This document shows, in pieces, positions 10,246 through 22,576 of a stretch of 64,000 nucleotides of DNA (its first letter is position 1; each line of letters begins with the position of its first letter). This stretch comes from Eledone cirrhosa (Eukaryota), in contig OZ024741.1 in assembly GCA_964016885.1 (NCBI GenBank), positions 76,818,001-76,882,000 on the forward strand, given 5' to 3'. The position numbers and the translations under genes are program-made. The notes under the pieces were generated by a model. It was given only the letters and a program-made list of their open reading frames with translations. It had not been told where the DNA came from and did not search any database.

Positions 10246-11630
10246 GTGAAAGGTTTATTAGTTTCATGCTCTTGAGAGTGAGGGGGGGGGGTAACGACGT
10301 TTCGGGCATAAGCTATTCTTCAAGCGAAAAGTGGGTGGGAAGAGAGTTCCGAGGGTTTGTAGGGGAGCGGAGGAGAGACATTTAGGAAGGGGGGGGGGGG
10401 CGGTGGAAGGGGTACAAATAAAAAAAAAATTTTTTAAATAAAAATAAAAATAAATATGAAGATAAACAAGTGGTGGAAGGGTGTGGGGCGTGTAGGGGTG
10501 GTGGCGGGTGGAGTGGGGAGAGGGAGGCAGGGTGTCCGAGCGGGGAGGGCTGAAGGTGGTGTATGTGTGTAGGTGTACGTGTGTGTGTGTATGTGAATGT
10601 GAGAGTTGGGGGAAGAACGAGGTTCCATGTTCAGGAAAATGCGTGTGTAGGGTGGGTGTAGGTCGGTGTGTGCGTGTGCGTGTGGATGGGGAAGGGTCAG
10701 AGGGGGGATTCCGGAGGCTGAGTGTGTATATATGTGGGGGTACGCACGTGTGTGTTGGTGTTTATACGTTTTGTGGATGTAGGTGGCGTGGTTCGAAAAA
10801 AATTTGTGTGAGTGTAGAGGGTGTGAAGAGTTGCCGGATATTTTCCATGTTATGGAGTAGATAGTAGGAACGATGGCCAATAGTGTGTAATCCGTGGTTG
10901 TGGTAGTCGGAAGAAGGGAGATGTGGGGTGCACGTGAAACAGGACGTGGTCAGAGGGTCAAGGCAGGATGAGGATTAGAGGAGAATGACAGGTGGAGAGG
11001 ACTGTGTGTATGTGTGTGAGGAGAAGTGGTCAGAGGGTCAAGGCATAGCAGCAGTAGAGGAGAATGGCAGGTGGTGAAAGTCAGTGTGTGCGGAGGTGCA
11101 GTGGACAGGGGAGAGGATGGGTAGCTGTGAAAGGTGGAGTGGGAAGGGGGTCATGCAGGGGGATGGGTGTGTATTAATAGAGGTTTTAGTGGGATGTGTG
11201 TGTGTGTGTGTGTGTGTGTATGAAGGGGTGTGGGTGGAGCAGGGAGAGGGAGAGAAAAGGTGTGGGGGACGGTGGAGGGAGTGTATTGTACTGGTGTGTG
11301 TGTGCGTGTTTGGATGAGTGTGTGTGTGGTGAAGGGGGTGTCAGTGGGTGTTAGTATACTGGTGGTGGGGAAAAGGTTAAATGCGGGTGTGTTAGTGGGG
11401 TTCAGGGGTGGTAGGGTGTGTAGAGTGGGTGTGGGTCGGTGTGTGTGTTCGTGTGATCGGGGGGATGTTAGTGGTATTAGTTGTGGGGTGGTTGGAGTGG
11501 ATGTGTGGGTGAGGGTTATTTGTGGTAGTAGGGTGTGTGGATAGTGTGAGTGCGTGTATATATGTACCGGTGCATGTGTGCGTGATAGGGGGAGGGGTGG
11601 GGATGTTAGTATTGTTAGTTGGGGGAGGGG
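10245..11630 (-). mobile_element. Strongly strand-skewed (G/T-rich on +) segment, probable Penelope-like 3' region
   Basis: Degenerate hammerhead on - at 10294-10326 (TTGAAGA..GC-TTAT-GCCC-GAAACGTC) followed by AATAAA. The minus-strand peptide YSITWKI...HSHKFF is reminiscent of the end of PLE GIY-YIG domains. Bounded by (TA)n. Confidence 0.45.
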
Positions 11631-11663
<33 letters not shown>

Positions 11664-11762
11664 ATATATATTATATATGTTATATATATATATATATTAT
11701 ATATATTATATATATTATATATATATATATTATATATATATATTATATATATATATATATAT

Positions 11763-11819
<57 letters not shown>

Positions 11820-11820
11820 A

Positions 11821-11863
<43 letters not shown>

Positions 11864-11871
11864 ATATATAT

Positions 11872-11942
<71 letters not shown>

Positions 11943-11948
11943 ATATTA

Positions 11949-12005
<57 letters not shown>

Positions 12006-12043
12006 ATATTATATATATTATATATATTATATATATATATATA
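11631..12043. repeat. (TA)n array
   Basis: Direct observation. Confidence 0.97.
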
Positions 12044-12414
12044 TTGGGGCACCCACTGATGATGAATTATAGGAGCCCACTTGAATATATATCTATTGAT
12101 GGTAGACAAGCTCCTACATAAATTGGTATAATTTCACCCAAATTGTAGGAATCCTATAATGAAACGAGACATCCATCTGGGAAGAGATATAGTAGATATG
12201 TCTCATATGAAATAATACAGCCAATTTTCCACGCAATACTTTTAGTTAGCACCCCGAACGCATAATTGGGAATATAATCACTTATTTCCTAATGGTTGTT
12301 GAGTGAGTTGGAATTTGGCCGGAGTATCGCTAAAAAGCTTTCTCCGATATTGTATTTATTTATATATATTATATATATATTTATATATATATATTACATA
12401 TATATATATATATT

Positions 12415-12443
<29 letters not shown>

Positions 12444-12447
<4 letters not shown>

Positions 12448-12631
12448 TGTTTCTACTTTAGGCACAAGACCAGCAATTACCCAGTGCATTACTGGTACTT
12501 TATTTTATCGACACCGTAAGGATGAAAGGCAAAGTCAACCTCGGCGGGATTTGAACTCAGATCGTAAAGGGACGTAACTATGCTGGAAAGCATGGCGTCC
12601 GACCCTCTACCGATACTGCCAATCCACCGCC
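12444..12631 (-). mobile_element. SINE family 1, full length, with an (ATT)n tail
   Basis: Reverse complement of the 5116-5303 copy, with (AAT)n at 12418-12446. Confidence 0.9.
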
Positions 12632-12678
12632 CTAAGCCATGTGCCTTCATATATACATATATATATATATATATATAT

Positions 12679-13020
12679 GAAGGCACATGGTTTAGTGGTT
12701 AGAGCATTGGCCTTGCAATCGAAAGGTTGTGAGTTCAATTCTCAGACCGGGTGATGTGTTGTTTCCTTGAGCAAGACACTTTATTTCACATTGCTCCAGT
12801 TTACTCAGCTGTAGAAATGAGATGATAGGGACTGGGGTCCATATCATTCCACTGCAAAGTGGTTTTGGAGGTGCCCTGTCGAAAAAGCACCCAGCACTCA
12901 CTGTAAATGAGGTTGGTGTTAGGAAGGGCATCCAGCTGTAGAAATCAAGCCAGAATCAGTTCCTGTCCCACCCTTGCAAGCAGGGAAAAAGCGGACATAA
13001 AATGAAATGATGATGATGAT
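12679..13020 (+). mobile_element. tRNA-derived SINE family 2 (tRNA head, CORE-like block, RTE-derived 3' tail)
   Basis: A-box TGGTTTAGTGG, B-box GAGTTCAATTC, and TGTTGTTTCCTTGAGCAAGACACTT. The 3' half matches the RTE family A 3' UTR and ends in (GAT)n. Confidence 0.88.
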
Positions 13021-13469
13021 ATATGTGGTTTTCTGCTAGCTTGTGTAGTGTGCATATTGATATTATATGCGAGTATATATAATAAAATCGTAATTGACAA
13101 TATACACAGAAATTGAACGAAGACTGTGTTACACTGTCTTATGTAATCAGTAACGTAATCCATGATACATTAAAAAAAGATGATATTATATATAAACTGC
13201 ATTAGGAGAAAATTAGTGACAGAAATATATGAATGTTTATTTAAGCGATCGCTAACCAGAAGTGTTGACATTTGAACATTTTAAAGTGAATCTTTAAATA
13301 AAGAATAAAATATATTTAATCAACAGCCACGAAATTTAGTAGATAAATTATGTAATATTCATTCATTATTTATTCAAAGTAATCCAACTTATTTTACTAA
13401 CTGGATTAAAAGAAATAAACCGTACGCAGTCCCGCACTCTTTACTTTATTATAGTTTAGATAATAATAA

Positions 13470-13596
13470 ATTTGAAGACTAAAATCCAAAGAGGGCTCGA
13501 TAAGGATAAATATATAAGAACCCTAGAGCAAATATTTATTAAAATAACAGATTAAAGTTTAAGCAGCGATTCTTTGCTTAAACTTTAATCTGTTAT
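13470..13596 (-). repeat. Inverted-repeat cassette (22-bp arms), same family as 35842-36070
   Basis: ATAACAGATTAAAGTTTAAGCA (13544-13565) pairs with 13575-13596. The left extension matches the reverse complement of about 35980-36070. Confidence 0.8.
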
Positions 13597-13675
13597 ATAT
13601 ATATTATGTAGCATCAAGGTTTTTCATAGAATAGATAAAGGAAAAAGAGGTTCTATGTTATGTACAGATATATTA

Positions 13676-13900
13676 TTATAAATAATTTCTCAACACAGTT
13701 GCTTGCTACACAAGGTTTCAAAGCCTACTCTAGCATAGGTCATAGTGACACTGTATATGCTAGTATTACTTATCATTGGCCATCCTATTTCTTTCCTGAT
13801 CGACAAGCAGCACTAGCATAGATAGTGTCACTATCACCTATACTAGAGTAGGTTTTGAAACCTTAGGTAGCAAGCAACTGTGTTGAGAAATTATTTATAA
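13676..13900. repeat. Diverged ~100-bp-arm inverted repeat with a hammerhead remnant
   Basis: TTATAAATAATTTCTCAACACAGTTGCTTGCTAC... pairs with ...GTAGCAAGCAACTGTGTTGAGAAATTATTTATAA. GAAACCTTAGGTA resembles hammerhead stem III plus the cleavage triplet. Confidence 0.78.
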
Positions 13901-13917
13901 CAATAATATATATTTTG

Positions 13918-14065
13918 GGGGCTTCCAGACTGTTCCGTCAGTCAAATTCATTCACAGGACATTAATAAGTCTGGAGATATAGTAGAAACTTGCCGAAAGT
14001 GCCACATACTGGGATCCAACTGAAAATTATGTTGAGATGCAAACTTCTTAACTGCACAGCTTGCC
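13918..14065 (-). mobile_element. Degenerate tRNA-derived SINE (third family)
   Basis: AGTAGAAACTTGCCGAAAGTGCCACATACTGGGA...AAACTTCTTAACTGCACAGC reads as a decayed tRNA head plus CORE-like block on the - strand. Confidence 0.5.
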
Positions 14066-15720
14066 ATCTATAGACAATGAATGTTTGCAACTCAATAGCA
14101 AAGTAGTAAAAGTGAAAAATAATGATTTGTTTTTCCTCCATAAATATTATCTATTCTGCATCTCAATGCTACAATATCTCTTCCCAGTGAGTGATAAATT
14201 AGTACTTGATCAGTAAACCATGCATTAGACTCTCACTTTGTTGTTGTTGTTTTTTAAAGTTTCACATTCTCTTTGTATTTCTGCACATAAATTCTGTGTT
14301 TAAAACAAAAACAGAAGATGTGGACACACACTGTATAACTAAACAAAGACTACTTCGAAATTATTGATCAACATAAATGCAAATTTACCTGCTTTATAAG
14401 CACCAATTACTGAATATATAATGTAGACACATACAATTTCCAAAGTAAATTAATGCTTACTCATTCTGTTTTACTAAGTTATAAGAATAATTAATAAATT
14501 TATAAGAATAAAAAAAAAGAGTAATAATTATAATAATACAGACAAACAAATAAATAAAAAATATCACCAGCAAAAGAACAGTGATGGATATTAGGAATGA
14601 TAATGATGGCAGAGACTGGAAGGAGTGCAATGACTTCCATTGTAATTATGTGGAAATTACCATGTAAGATATACTTTTATATGATGAAAATTTACTGCAA
14701 ATGTCTTCCCCCTCTTCTCCATCTCTAATCTCTTTCTTTTTCTCTAATTTCTCTTTCCCTCCCCTTTAAATAGTAATGTTACTGTTGTTGTTTATTTAGT
14801 TAGTCAGATCGGTCATTGATAGTTCTGTACATATATGTAATGAAGCTAATTTATAGTCCTTACTTTGAAATGGCAATTCTCACTGGAAACGATGGAGGGT
14901 GGGTGGGTGTCTTGGGTGGTGAGGTATCCATGGCTATACAAAGAGTCCAATCAGTGCAGTGGCATAATAACATTCAACAGATCAAATGTATACTTCATGA
15001 AACATGCAGCTTTTAGACGGCACACACAAGTCTTGAATTTCAAAACCATACACACCATCTGCATTATCGATCTGTCACTGGCTTTGCTATAAAAAAAATA
15101 AAAAAATTCCTGGGCCCTCATAAAACAGAATAAAAACGATGATAAATTACTAGCAGAAAACAAAGGCAAATAAAGACTTTTTGTATTATTACCCATTGCA
15201 TAAATACTACACAAACAGTCCACATGCCCACAATTCAACATGAGAACCCCTGTGGTTGCTCAGCAGCCAAATGTTCTTCAAATTATTCCCTATGATTATT
15301 TAAAAAAATTTTTTAAATGTACGAAAACCATAGCCATATCTGGAATGTTCTCCATTGTATAGCTGCTTGAGCAGATAAGCATCGATAATAATAATATTAT
15401 CTACATTAGATCTGTCAGTTATTATCTCCTATTATAGTTAGTACTGCTACTATAATGATCTGTATTCCTATGAACTAGCAAATTTTGTACCACCTAAAAT
15501 TCATAAACCTTTAATTGCAGAATGGCTGCTGTTTGGCTTCTGAGTTTATTTCACTGGATTGAATGCAGTTTAATACAAGTAATAGTGTAACTTAGCAAAG
15601 CTCTCCAATCTTTGATACCAACACAGTTATGGTAGGCTACAACTCATGTTAAACCATGTTCAACTTGATGAGGTATGCATTGGAGGAGAGCAGAGGCTAT
15701 TTTAATGAATGAATAATTAT

Positions 15721-15906
15721 ATATTTAATATAGAAATGGCTTATACAGGTCTAGAACTGATTCATTCTTTTGAAATCAATGGGAAAGAATGAAACAGCTA
15801 TAGTCCTGTAGAAGCCATTTCTATATTAAATATTGATGTTTTCACTCAACTAATGTATTGAGTACTTTATTAACTGTGGTTTCTCCTGATTTAATTTGGG
15901 ATCTAC
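15721..15906 (+). repeat. Imperfect 50-bp-arm inverted repeat plus a ~73-nt tail; family also at about 59035-59080
   Basis: 15721-15770 pairs with 15784-15833. GAATGAAACAG.T.TAGTCCTGTAGAAGC is shared with 59035-59063. Confidence 0.75.
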
Positions 15907-16018
15907 ATATATAATAGGTAGTTCAGTAGATTCATGGTTTACTGAGGAAAGTACCAAAATCAGCACTCTATGCTGAGGCAAAGTGTGTAGATGAGATTTT
16001 GGCTTTGCTTAAATAACA

Positions 16019-16102
16019 AGTCTGACGAGCAGATCAGGCTGGAGTCTGGTCTACAACATTTATATAGATCCTGAGCCACCCATCTGTGAAAGGATCGTAA
16101 CT
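16019..16102 (+). ncRNA. Hammerhead ribozyme-like motif with an extended stem II
   Basis: AGT-CTGACGA-GCAGAT...(47 nt)...ATCTGT-GAAA-GGATCG-TA-ACT, with AATAAA about 10 nt downstream and one mismatch in stem III. Confidence 0.65.
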
Positions 16103-16847
16103 GTGTATACTCAATAAAGACCTTAATGTGAAACCTCGCTTTGTTTTCAGTATATTGTATATATATATATATATATATATGCTAATTTTAGGTTTAATCA
16201 ATACATATAAAATGTATATTGATGTTTCTTGGTACAAAGCTCAGTAAACTTCAGTTCAGAGAATCTATAATATAAGTATAAATGATATTTAACAGGATAT
16301 ATCAATTGAGAAACAAACTAGTATTTTGTACATATATACAGAACAAATAATATGTAAATTTAAATACATACTCCTAGATGTTAAATGGTCTATGCTCTCA
16401 TAGACAGATCTCTTTCTGGAGATCAAAAAAAAAAAGTGCAACCCTTTGATCAGTCATTAGTATCAATCACCAATTATCAATTTTGGTAAACATCCAAAGT
16501 CCATGATATCCTTCATCAGTATGATTAGGTCTTTGCTATATATATATCTCACACTGCATAAAAATACTAGCCATCTACCCTTAGAAGAAGTTTTAAAATA
16601 TTGTCCACATGGTGTAAAGATAAAGCTTAACAGAAGGGTAGATAAAACATAAAGCATGTACATATATATATATATATATATTCCTTTTTTTTTTTTAATT
16701 TCTATTTCCTGTTCTAGCCAAGAGGCTGAGGCCATGCTAGGGCACCACCAATGATGCTACATTTTCTACAATTAGCTTTCCTTGGTTTGGCCACTGAAGC
16801 AAAAGGGAATTTGCTGCTGCTGCTCTTATTTGCGCTTTTAGTTTTCT

Positions 16848-17128
16848 GTTTACCACCTGCAAGGGATCTTCAGAAGAGTATTTGCAGTGGTTTTGCTAAT
16901 GTTTACTTGCATGTTTTAGGAGGATTGCTTGGAAACCATCAGGACCAGCATCTGAATTTCGTCTATGGCTGATATTACATCTTTTACCTTTATATCTGTG
17001 GTTGATGGTTGCCATTTCTCTGCAGTTGTGTTAAATAACTCATCTGGTTTGTTTATTTGCATGTGTCTGATAGGAGGTGTGAAAACACTTTTGTATTGTT
17101 CATTCAGTACCTCACTTATCCCTTGGGG
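16848..17128 (-). mobile_element. CR1-group LINE ORF2 fragment (degenerate)
   Basis: Minus strand translates to SEVLNEQYKSVFT...DVISAIDEI..AGPDGF..ILLK..LAKPLQILF, the EN-RT linker and RT domain 0 typical of CR1. Confidence 0.75.
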
Positions 17129-17914
17129 GGTCTATAGTCAATTTCTTTTCTTTCCTTTTTTTCAAATTCCTGATTTCTTTAATACAATATTTATTCTTTT
17201 TAGAAAATGTAAAAAATCTCAAATGCAGAATATGACTGTAGACACAACTGTGTTTCTAAGAATTTCAATATACTCAACACTCTGTTTATTTACAAATATC
17301 TATTGTGTTTGGGCATAAGAAAATATGAATCATTCTAGCCAAATGCAGACAAAATGAATGAATTTATTTATTTTTCATATATATATATTTCTTATTTGTA
17401 GTTATATCTTTATATATTTTTTTTACTCACAGTGGTTAACATTCACTCCCTAAATTACCTGTCATATGAGAGGTAACATTCTAGTGTGATATATAATATA
17501 CAACAAAGTATCAAAGAGTATCAGTTTCTGATAATGTTGTCTCGTGTTTCTCTCATTTGTCAGCTTTAATATATTTTATAGTCTGCAATTTCATTAATAT
17601 ATTCTAGTCTGCAATTCAATTCTGTTCTGCCATTTGCTGGTTAGAGTAATTGATAATTCTAGTCAGATAGTAGGGCCAGTTCAATTGTGAATCTCAAGTA
17701 TCTTAAATTAATTAGCTGAAACAAGAACTTATAAAGAGGTCAATACCAGTTAGTTTTTCAAGAATTAGAATGTCACTGGTACTAAATCTGAAGTGTGACT
17801 TTGTTTTGCTAGGCACAGGGTTCCAATGTGTACAGTAGGAGAAAACTTTATGTACTGACAGACATGTTGGGGGAAGGGTTGATATTGTTGTTTTATTTAG
17901 CACTAAGTCCACAC

Positions 17915-18092
17915 TGTATGGTGATCTGATGCTACAACAACAAAAGCACCCAGTCCATCCTATAACGTGGTTGGAGTTAGGAAAGGCATCCAGCTGTAGA
18001 AAATATCATGAGCAAGACCTGGTCACCTGATTCGACATGTCTCATAACATGACAACCTATCTAACCCATGCAAGCTGGGGAAAATAGATGAT
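17915..18092 (+). mobile_element. Old RTE 3'-UTR/tail fragment
   Basis: AAAAGCACCCAG...GTTAGGAAAGGCATCCAGCTGTAGAAA...TCTAACCCATGCAAGC. Confidence 0.7.
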
Positions 18093-18575
18093 TTTTCTTA
18101 TGCATTTCTGATGTTATTGCATCCTCATCATAGAAAAGCTATTCTTACAATTCTGTGTTCAGAGAAATATTGCTGTAGCAACACTATATATGTCATACAG
18201 AATATAGAAAATACCTGAAATGGTCAATCTAATTTGCATGACATGCATATGTTTAGCAATATAATTAAATAATTTATATGCATACATTTGAAGATCTTAA
18301 GGTAAACTTAAAGTTGATATACTACCACTTGTGAAAAGAATGAAGTGTGAAGTGTAAACAGAGAAATCATTTTTATGCTTTTCAGACATTATTATGACAT
18401 CATCAGAGAATAACTCCACCTATGATTCCGTGTAAGGAAGAATATTGCTGTAGCAACACTATATATGAAATGACCAAGCTGAATCTTTGAAGTCACTGCC
18501 ACAATTTTACTTAGGAAATAAAATCTATACTGTACCCACAAGTATTGAATGCTCATTCAGTTAATATTTAAATGA

Positions 18576-18788
18576 TTTCTACTATAGGCACAAGGCTAGC
18601 ACTATTTTAGGGAGGGGAAAGTAGATTAAATCAACCCCAGTGCATTACTGGTGCTTTATTTTATTGACCCCCATAAGGATAAAAGATAAAGCTAACCTCG
18701 GTGGGATTTGAACTCAGAATGTAAAGGGCCATAACTCTGTGTTGCAAAGCATGGTTTCCGATGCCCTACCAATTCTGTCAATCCACTG
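18576..18788 (-). mobile_element. SINE family 1, older subfamily with a longer 3' region
   Basis: Diverged reverse complement with an extra GGGAGGGGAAAGTAGATTAAATCAACCCCAG segment. Confidence 0.8.
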
Positions 18789-19077
18789 ATGATGATATTT
18801 GTCAACATTATCATCACCATTTTACATCTATTTTCCATACTTGCATAGGTTACATGGGTTGTCAGGCTCTCAGATTAGACCACATCTTGCTAATACCTTC
18901 CATTCTGGCATGGTTTATATGGTTTGATGTCCTTCCTAATTCTAAACACTTTAAAGTGTGTATGAGATACATTTTACTTTGGCACCAGTACTATCACCTT
19001 ACAGGGTAGACATGGTGCTTGTTATTACACCACCAGCATTACCACTTTACAGAGTGAGCTGAGTGCATTATTTTATA

Positions 19078-19240
19078 GGGTGGATTGGCAGTATCGGTAG
19101 AGGGTCAGACGCCATGCTTTGACGCATAGAGTTACCATTCTGAGTTCAAATCCCGCCGAGGTTAACGGGGTCGATAGAATAAAGTACCAGTAATGCACTG
19201 GGTAATTGCTGGCCTTGTGCCAAAAGTAGAAACAATTATT
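19078..19240 (+). mobile_element. SINE family 1 with two internal deletions
   Basis: Matches family 1 except for missing segments before the B box and in the central block. Confidence 0.85.
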
Positions 19241-19379
19241 TTATAGAATATTCTCACTAAGGTGCTTCTCAGCCATGCTGAGTAATGTAGTAATTTGAAT
19301 TTGGTTGTAAGATGAGAGCAATGGGAGGAGGGGGCTAGATGCTGCTTGCCAAGCAAGAGAGTCATCCCCCATTGGGAGA

Positions 19380-19700
19380 TGGAAAAGGAGAGTGAGCTAA
19401 TTTTTCCCCTTCCTCCCAGGTAGCAGAAGCTCTCAACTACCTCTAAAAAGCCACCTGAGCCTTCGATAGGGCTTGTTTCCTATGAACTTTTTTTGCTTTT
19501 ACCACATTCTTTGTTAGCCTGCCCAAGATCCTGTTACATCCCTTGTGTACCTTTAGTTTACATTTTGTACACAGTAAGTATTTCTACCAACTCCTCTTTT
19601 GCATATTGAGCATGCCCATTTCCCTGATGGAAAAAGGGTCATGTCATCTTTCCTATTTCCTAGCACTTCACTAAGTTAACTTTGCGGCCTCTTGATTCCA
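19380..19700 (-). mobile_element. Highly degenerate RTE RT/PHD fragment
   Basis: Minus strand reads GKWACSICKRGVGRN and later SFCYLG. Confidence 0.6.
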
Positions 19701-20814
19701 CACACACACACACATATCTTCTTGTACTGTCCCAAATGTCTTGAGCCTTTGTAGCCAATAAAAGAAATCATTTTTATTGGTTCCAGCTCTCTACATTCTC
19801 AGTTCATAATATACTGAATGCAACTTTGTCTTTCATCCGTCTAGGGTTGATAAAATAAAGTACCAGACATGGACTGGGGTCAATTTAAGCAACTAGCCTC
19901 ACTCCCTGATTTTTGGCCGTGTCTAAATTAGAAACATTTATTATTATATGTACTGGGTAATTGTTGGCCTTGTGCCAAAAGTAGAAACAATTATTATATT
20001 TATTATCAACATAAGCAGAGGCTTAGCTGTATGGTCAAGGAGTTTGCTTCCGAATTTAAAACAATTTCATTTTACACTCATCTAAATCAATTACAATAAT
20101 TTTCTTTTATATCCTCATTAATCATTTACATGCCCTCAAAAAATTGTTAATTTTTATAACATTATTAATTACAGACAATATGAATTCTATGATGGATAAC
20201 ATTCTGTTTTTATACTAAAGTTAATTCATTATCCAATATTCCCTTCTTCTTAAGGACAATTGGGTATATTTAGAGAGATTTTGGCTGCTATTTCTAGCAT
20301 GTTTTCAATATTTAAAAGCCTTACACCAATAATTATATCAATCAGAAATTACATGCTGTTGTAGACATTACGTAATTATGTAAATTAGAAAGCTGACTTA
20401 ATTGTGTTGTACTATGATGTATGTATACATGCATGCATAAATAAATATGGATGGTTGACTTATGGAGTATATTTATGTATTCATTGTCATTCTTCATAAG
20501 TGAGAACTTATATTATTGCTAACACATCCGGTTTACTAGCACATTACAGCTTCCAAGACATGAATCAAAAGAATACCACATAATCATGTGTTTTATATAA
20601 ATAGATATGTATACATATATGGGTACATCATCATCATTGCTTTCATCATTTAACATCCGTTTTTCCATGCTAGCTTAGGTTATATTTATATGTGTGTGAG
20701 TGTGAGTGTGTGAGTGTGAGTGTGTGTGTGTATGCATATATATATACAGCAAGGAAAATGGACGTTAAACAGTAATGATGATGATGATATATACATAAAT
20801 ATATATATATACGG

Positions 20815-20925
20815 AGGAGATGACGAAGACCGTGACGGGTAGAGAGATGCTGTGCAGAATAGGACCCGTCCAATCCTTGCAAGCAGGGAAAAGCGGACGT
20901 ATGATGATGATGATGATGATGATGA

Positions 20926-20927
<2 letters not shown>
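20815..20927 (+). mobile_element. Extreme 3' end of a second RTE subfamily with a (GAT)n tail
   Basis: Encodes DRDG*RDAVQNRTRP, homologous to DRDLWRHAVIQSTRP, then CCTTGCAAGCAGGGAAAAGCGGACGTA(TGA)n. Confidence 0.7.
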
Positions 20928-20989
<62 letters not shown>

Positions 20990-21002
20990 CCACACACACA
21001 TA

Positions 21003-21303
21003 TATATAAATGTACATATTGCATATTGAATAATATACAGGATTTTTATGAGAAACATTTGAAGGCCTTTATTTATGAATTTTTAAGGTTGTAACAAACG
21101 TCACACACCTAACCTCAGTAAAAGCTGGGGGAAGTAATCGACAATGCATCGTTTCTCACTGTTTTGCAGTTATCAAGACTATATATATCTCTACTTTTGC
21201 TGAGGTTAAAATACGCTACAATCTTATAGAACCTTAAAAATTCATAGCGAAAGGCCTTCAAATGTTTTTCATATTATTCAATATACAATACCTACATTTA
21301 TAT
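21003..21303. repeat. Diverged inverted repeat (~110-bp arms) with a hammerhead remnant
   Basis: AAACATTTGAAGGCCTTT..TATGAATTTTTAAGGTT..AACCTCAG pairs with CTGAGGTT..AACCTTAAAAATTCATA..AAAGGCCTTCAAATGTTT. GAAA-GGCC-TTC forms a palindromic stem III. Confidence 0.72.
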
Positions 21304-22534
21304 GTATATCGCTATATAGGAACACCAATACAAATTTATATATATATATATTAGTGTAGTTAATACGTAGCATTGTGAGATATGTAGTAAATGACTGATA
21401 AGATTTTTTTTAAAGCTGGTACAATGCAGTAGAAAATACGAAGGGCAAATGATGAAACAAAGCCGATGCAGGGCTGAAACAATATATATATATATATATT
21501 TAAATAATTTTGAAATGATTTTTTTGTTATCTTGGCGATTTAATGTTCTTCCTAACACATTGTTTGGTTTGCAAAATTATTTAAATTTGTGTTTCCTATT
21601 CAACAATGCTTCAAGCAAGCTACAAAACTCTGCTATATATATATATATATATAGATAAAGGCTACCACGTGAATAACCCACAGTGAAATTTGAACTTGGA
21701 ATACAAACAGCTAGAACAAATACAACAAGGTGTTTCATATGATGTTCCAACAATCCCACTAATCTATTACCTTGAATATGTACTTTATTTTATTGACACT
21801 GGAACCATGAAAGTAAAGTTCACCATGGCAGGATTTCAGCTGTGAGAGCCAGAACAAGGCAAGCCAATTTGTCGTATTGTTTAATTTACATAAAATCATA
21901 GCACCAACTACTTGTTCAGTCACAGTGTACTCTCTCTTACTGATTAAATATCTTGCTCAGATCAACTAAAGTTGCACTACTTTATGTGCATCTATCAACT
22001 ATAATTATGAGTGTCTGTGTGTGTATATATATATATATACACATTATATATATGTGTGTGTGTGTGTGTGCATGTGGTTGTGTGTATACACATTATATAT
22101 AAATATCAGGATTAAACCAGTATTAAACTAGTTAGACCATTGTTCAACAGAGTACTCGATACTTGGGATAGCAGAGTACAAGTAAGAAGTAACTATAAGG
22201 TTGTATCAAATACATACAAACACATAGGTATCTCTAGATTTATACACACACACACACACACATATATATATTCATATATATATATACATAGACATAGGTG
22301 ATGCTATTAAGTTAGACATGGCCTGGGCCAATACTGGCCAAAAGTTATCAAATTTTTAAAGTTATATATATATATATATGTGTGTATGTGTCTGTAACGA
22401 TGATATACACTCTTTTACTTGTTCAAGACCATGAGCTGAGGCACCACCATTATGTGTATATATATATATACTAGTAATAGTAATAGTTTGGTAAAGATAT
22501 CCACGGTAAGGAGCAACTGACCTTAATAATTGTG

Positions 22535-22575
<41 letters not shown>

Positions 22576-22576
<1 letters not shown>

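Noticed and set aside
7545-12121. Long Ile/Tyr-rich ORFs (also near 20670-21094, 27104-27351 and 61984-62448)
   Set aside because: They are translations of (TA)n microsatellites, not genes.
12050-12180. Hammerhead with a long stem II (CTGATGA...ATTATAGGA...TCCTATAAT-GAAAC)
   Set aside because: The cleavage triplet reads GAC and stem I does not pair. It is at most a decayed remnant, so it was not called.
12679-12750. tRNA gene (GCA anticodon-like loop, A and B boxes)
   Set aside because: There is no proper acceptor stem, the sequence continues into a SINE body, and it occurs in several dispersed copies. It is a SINE head.
18090-18470. 27-bp exact direct repeat (18166 and 18441) as a TSD or LTR
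   Set aside because: It lies inside a longer diverged ~110-bp local duplication with no element between the copies, so it looks like an ordinary tandem duplication.
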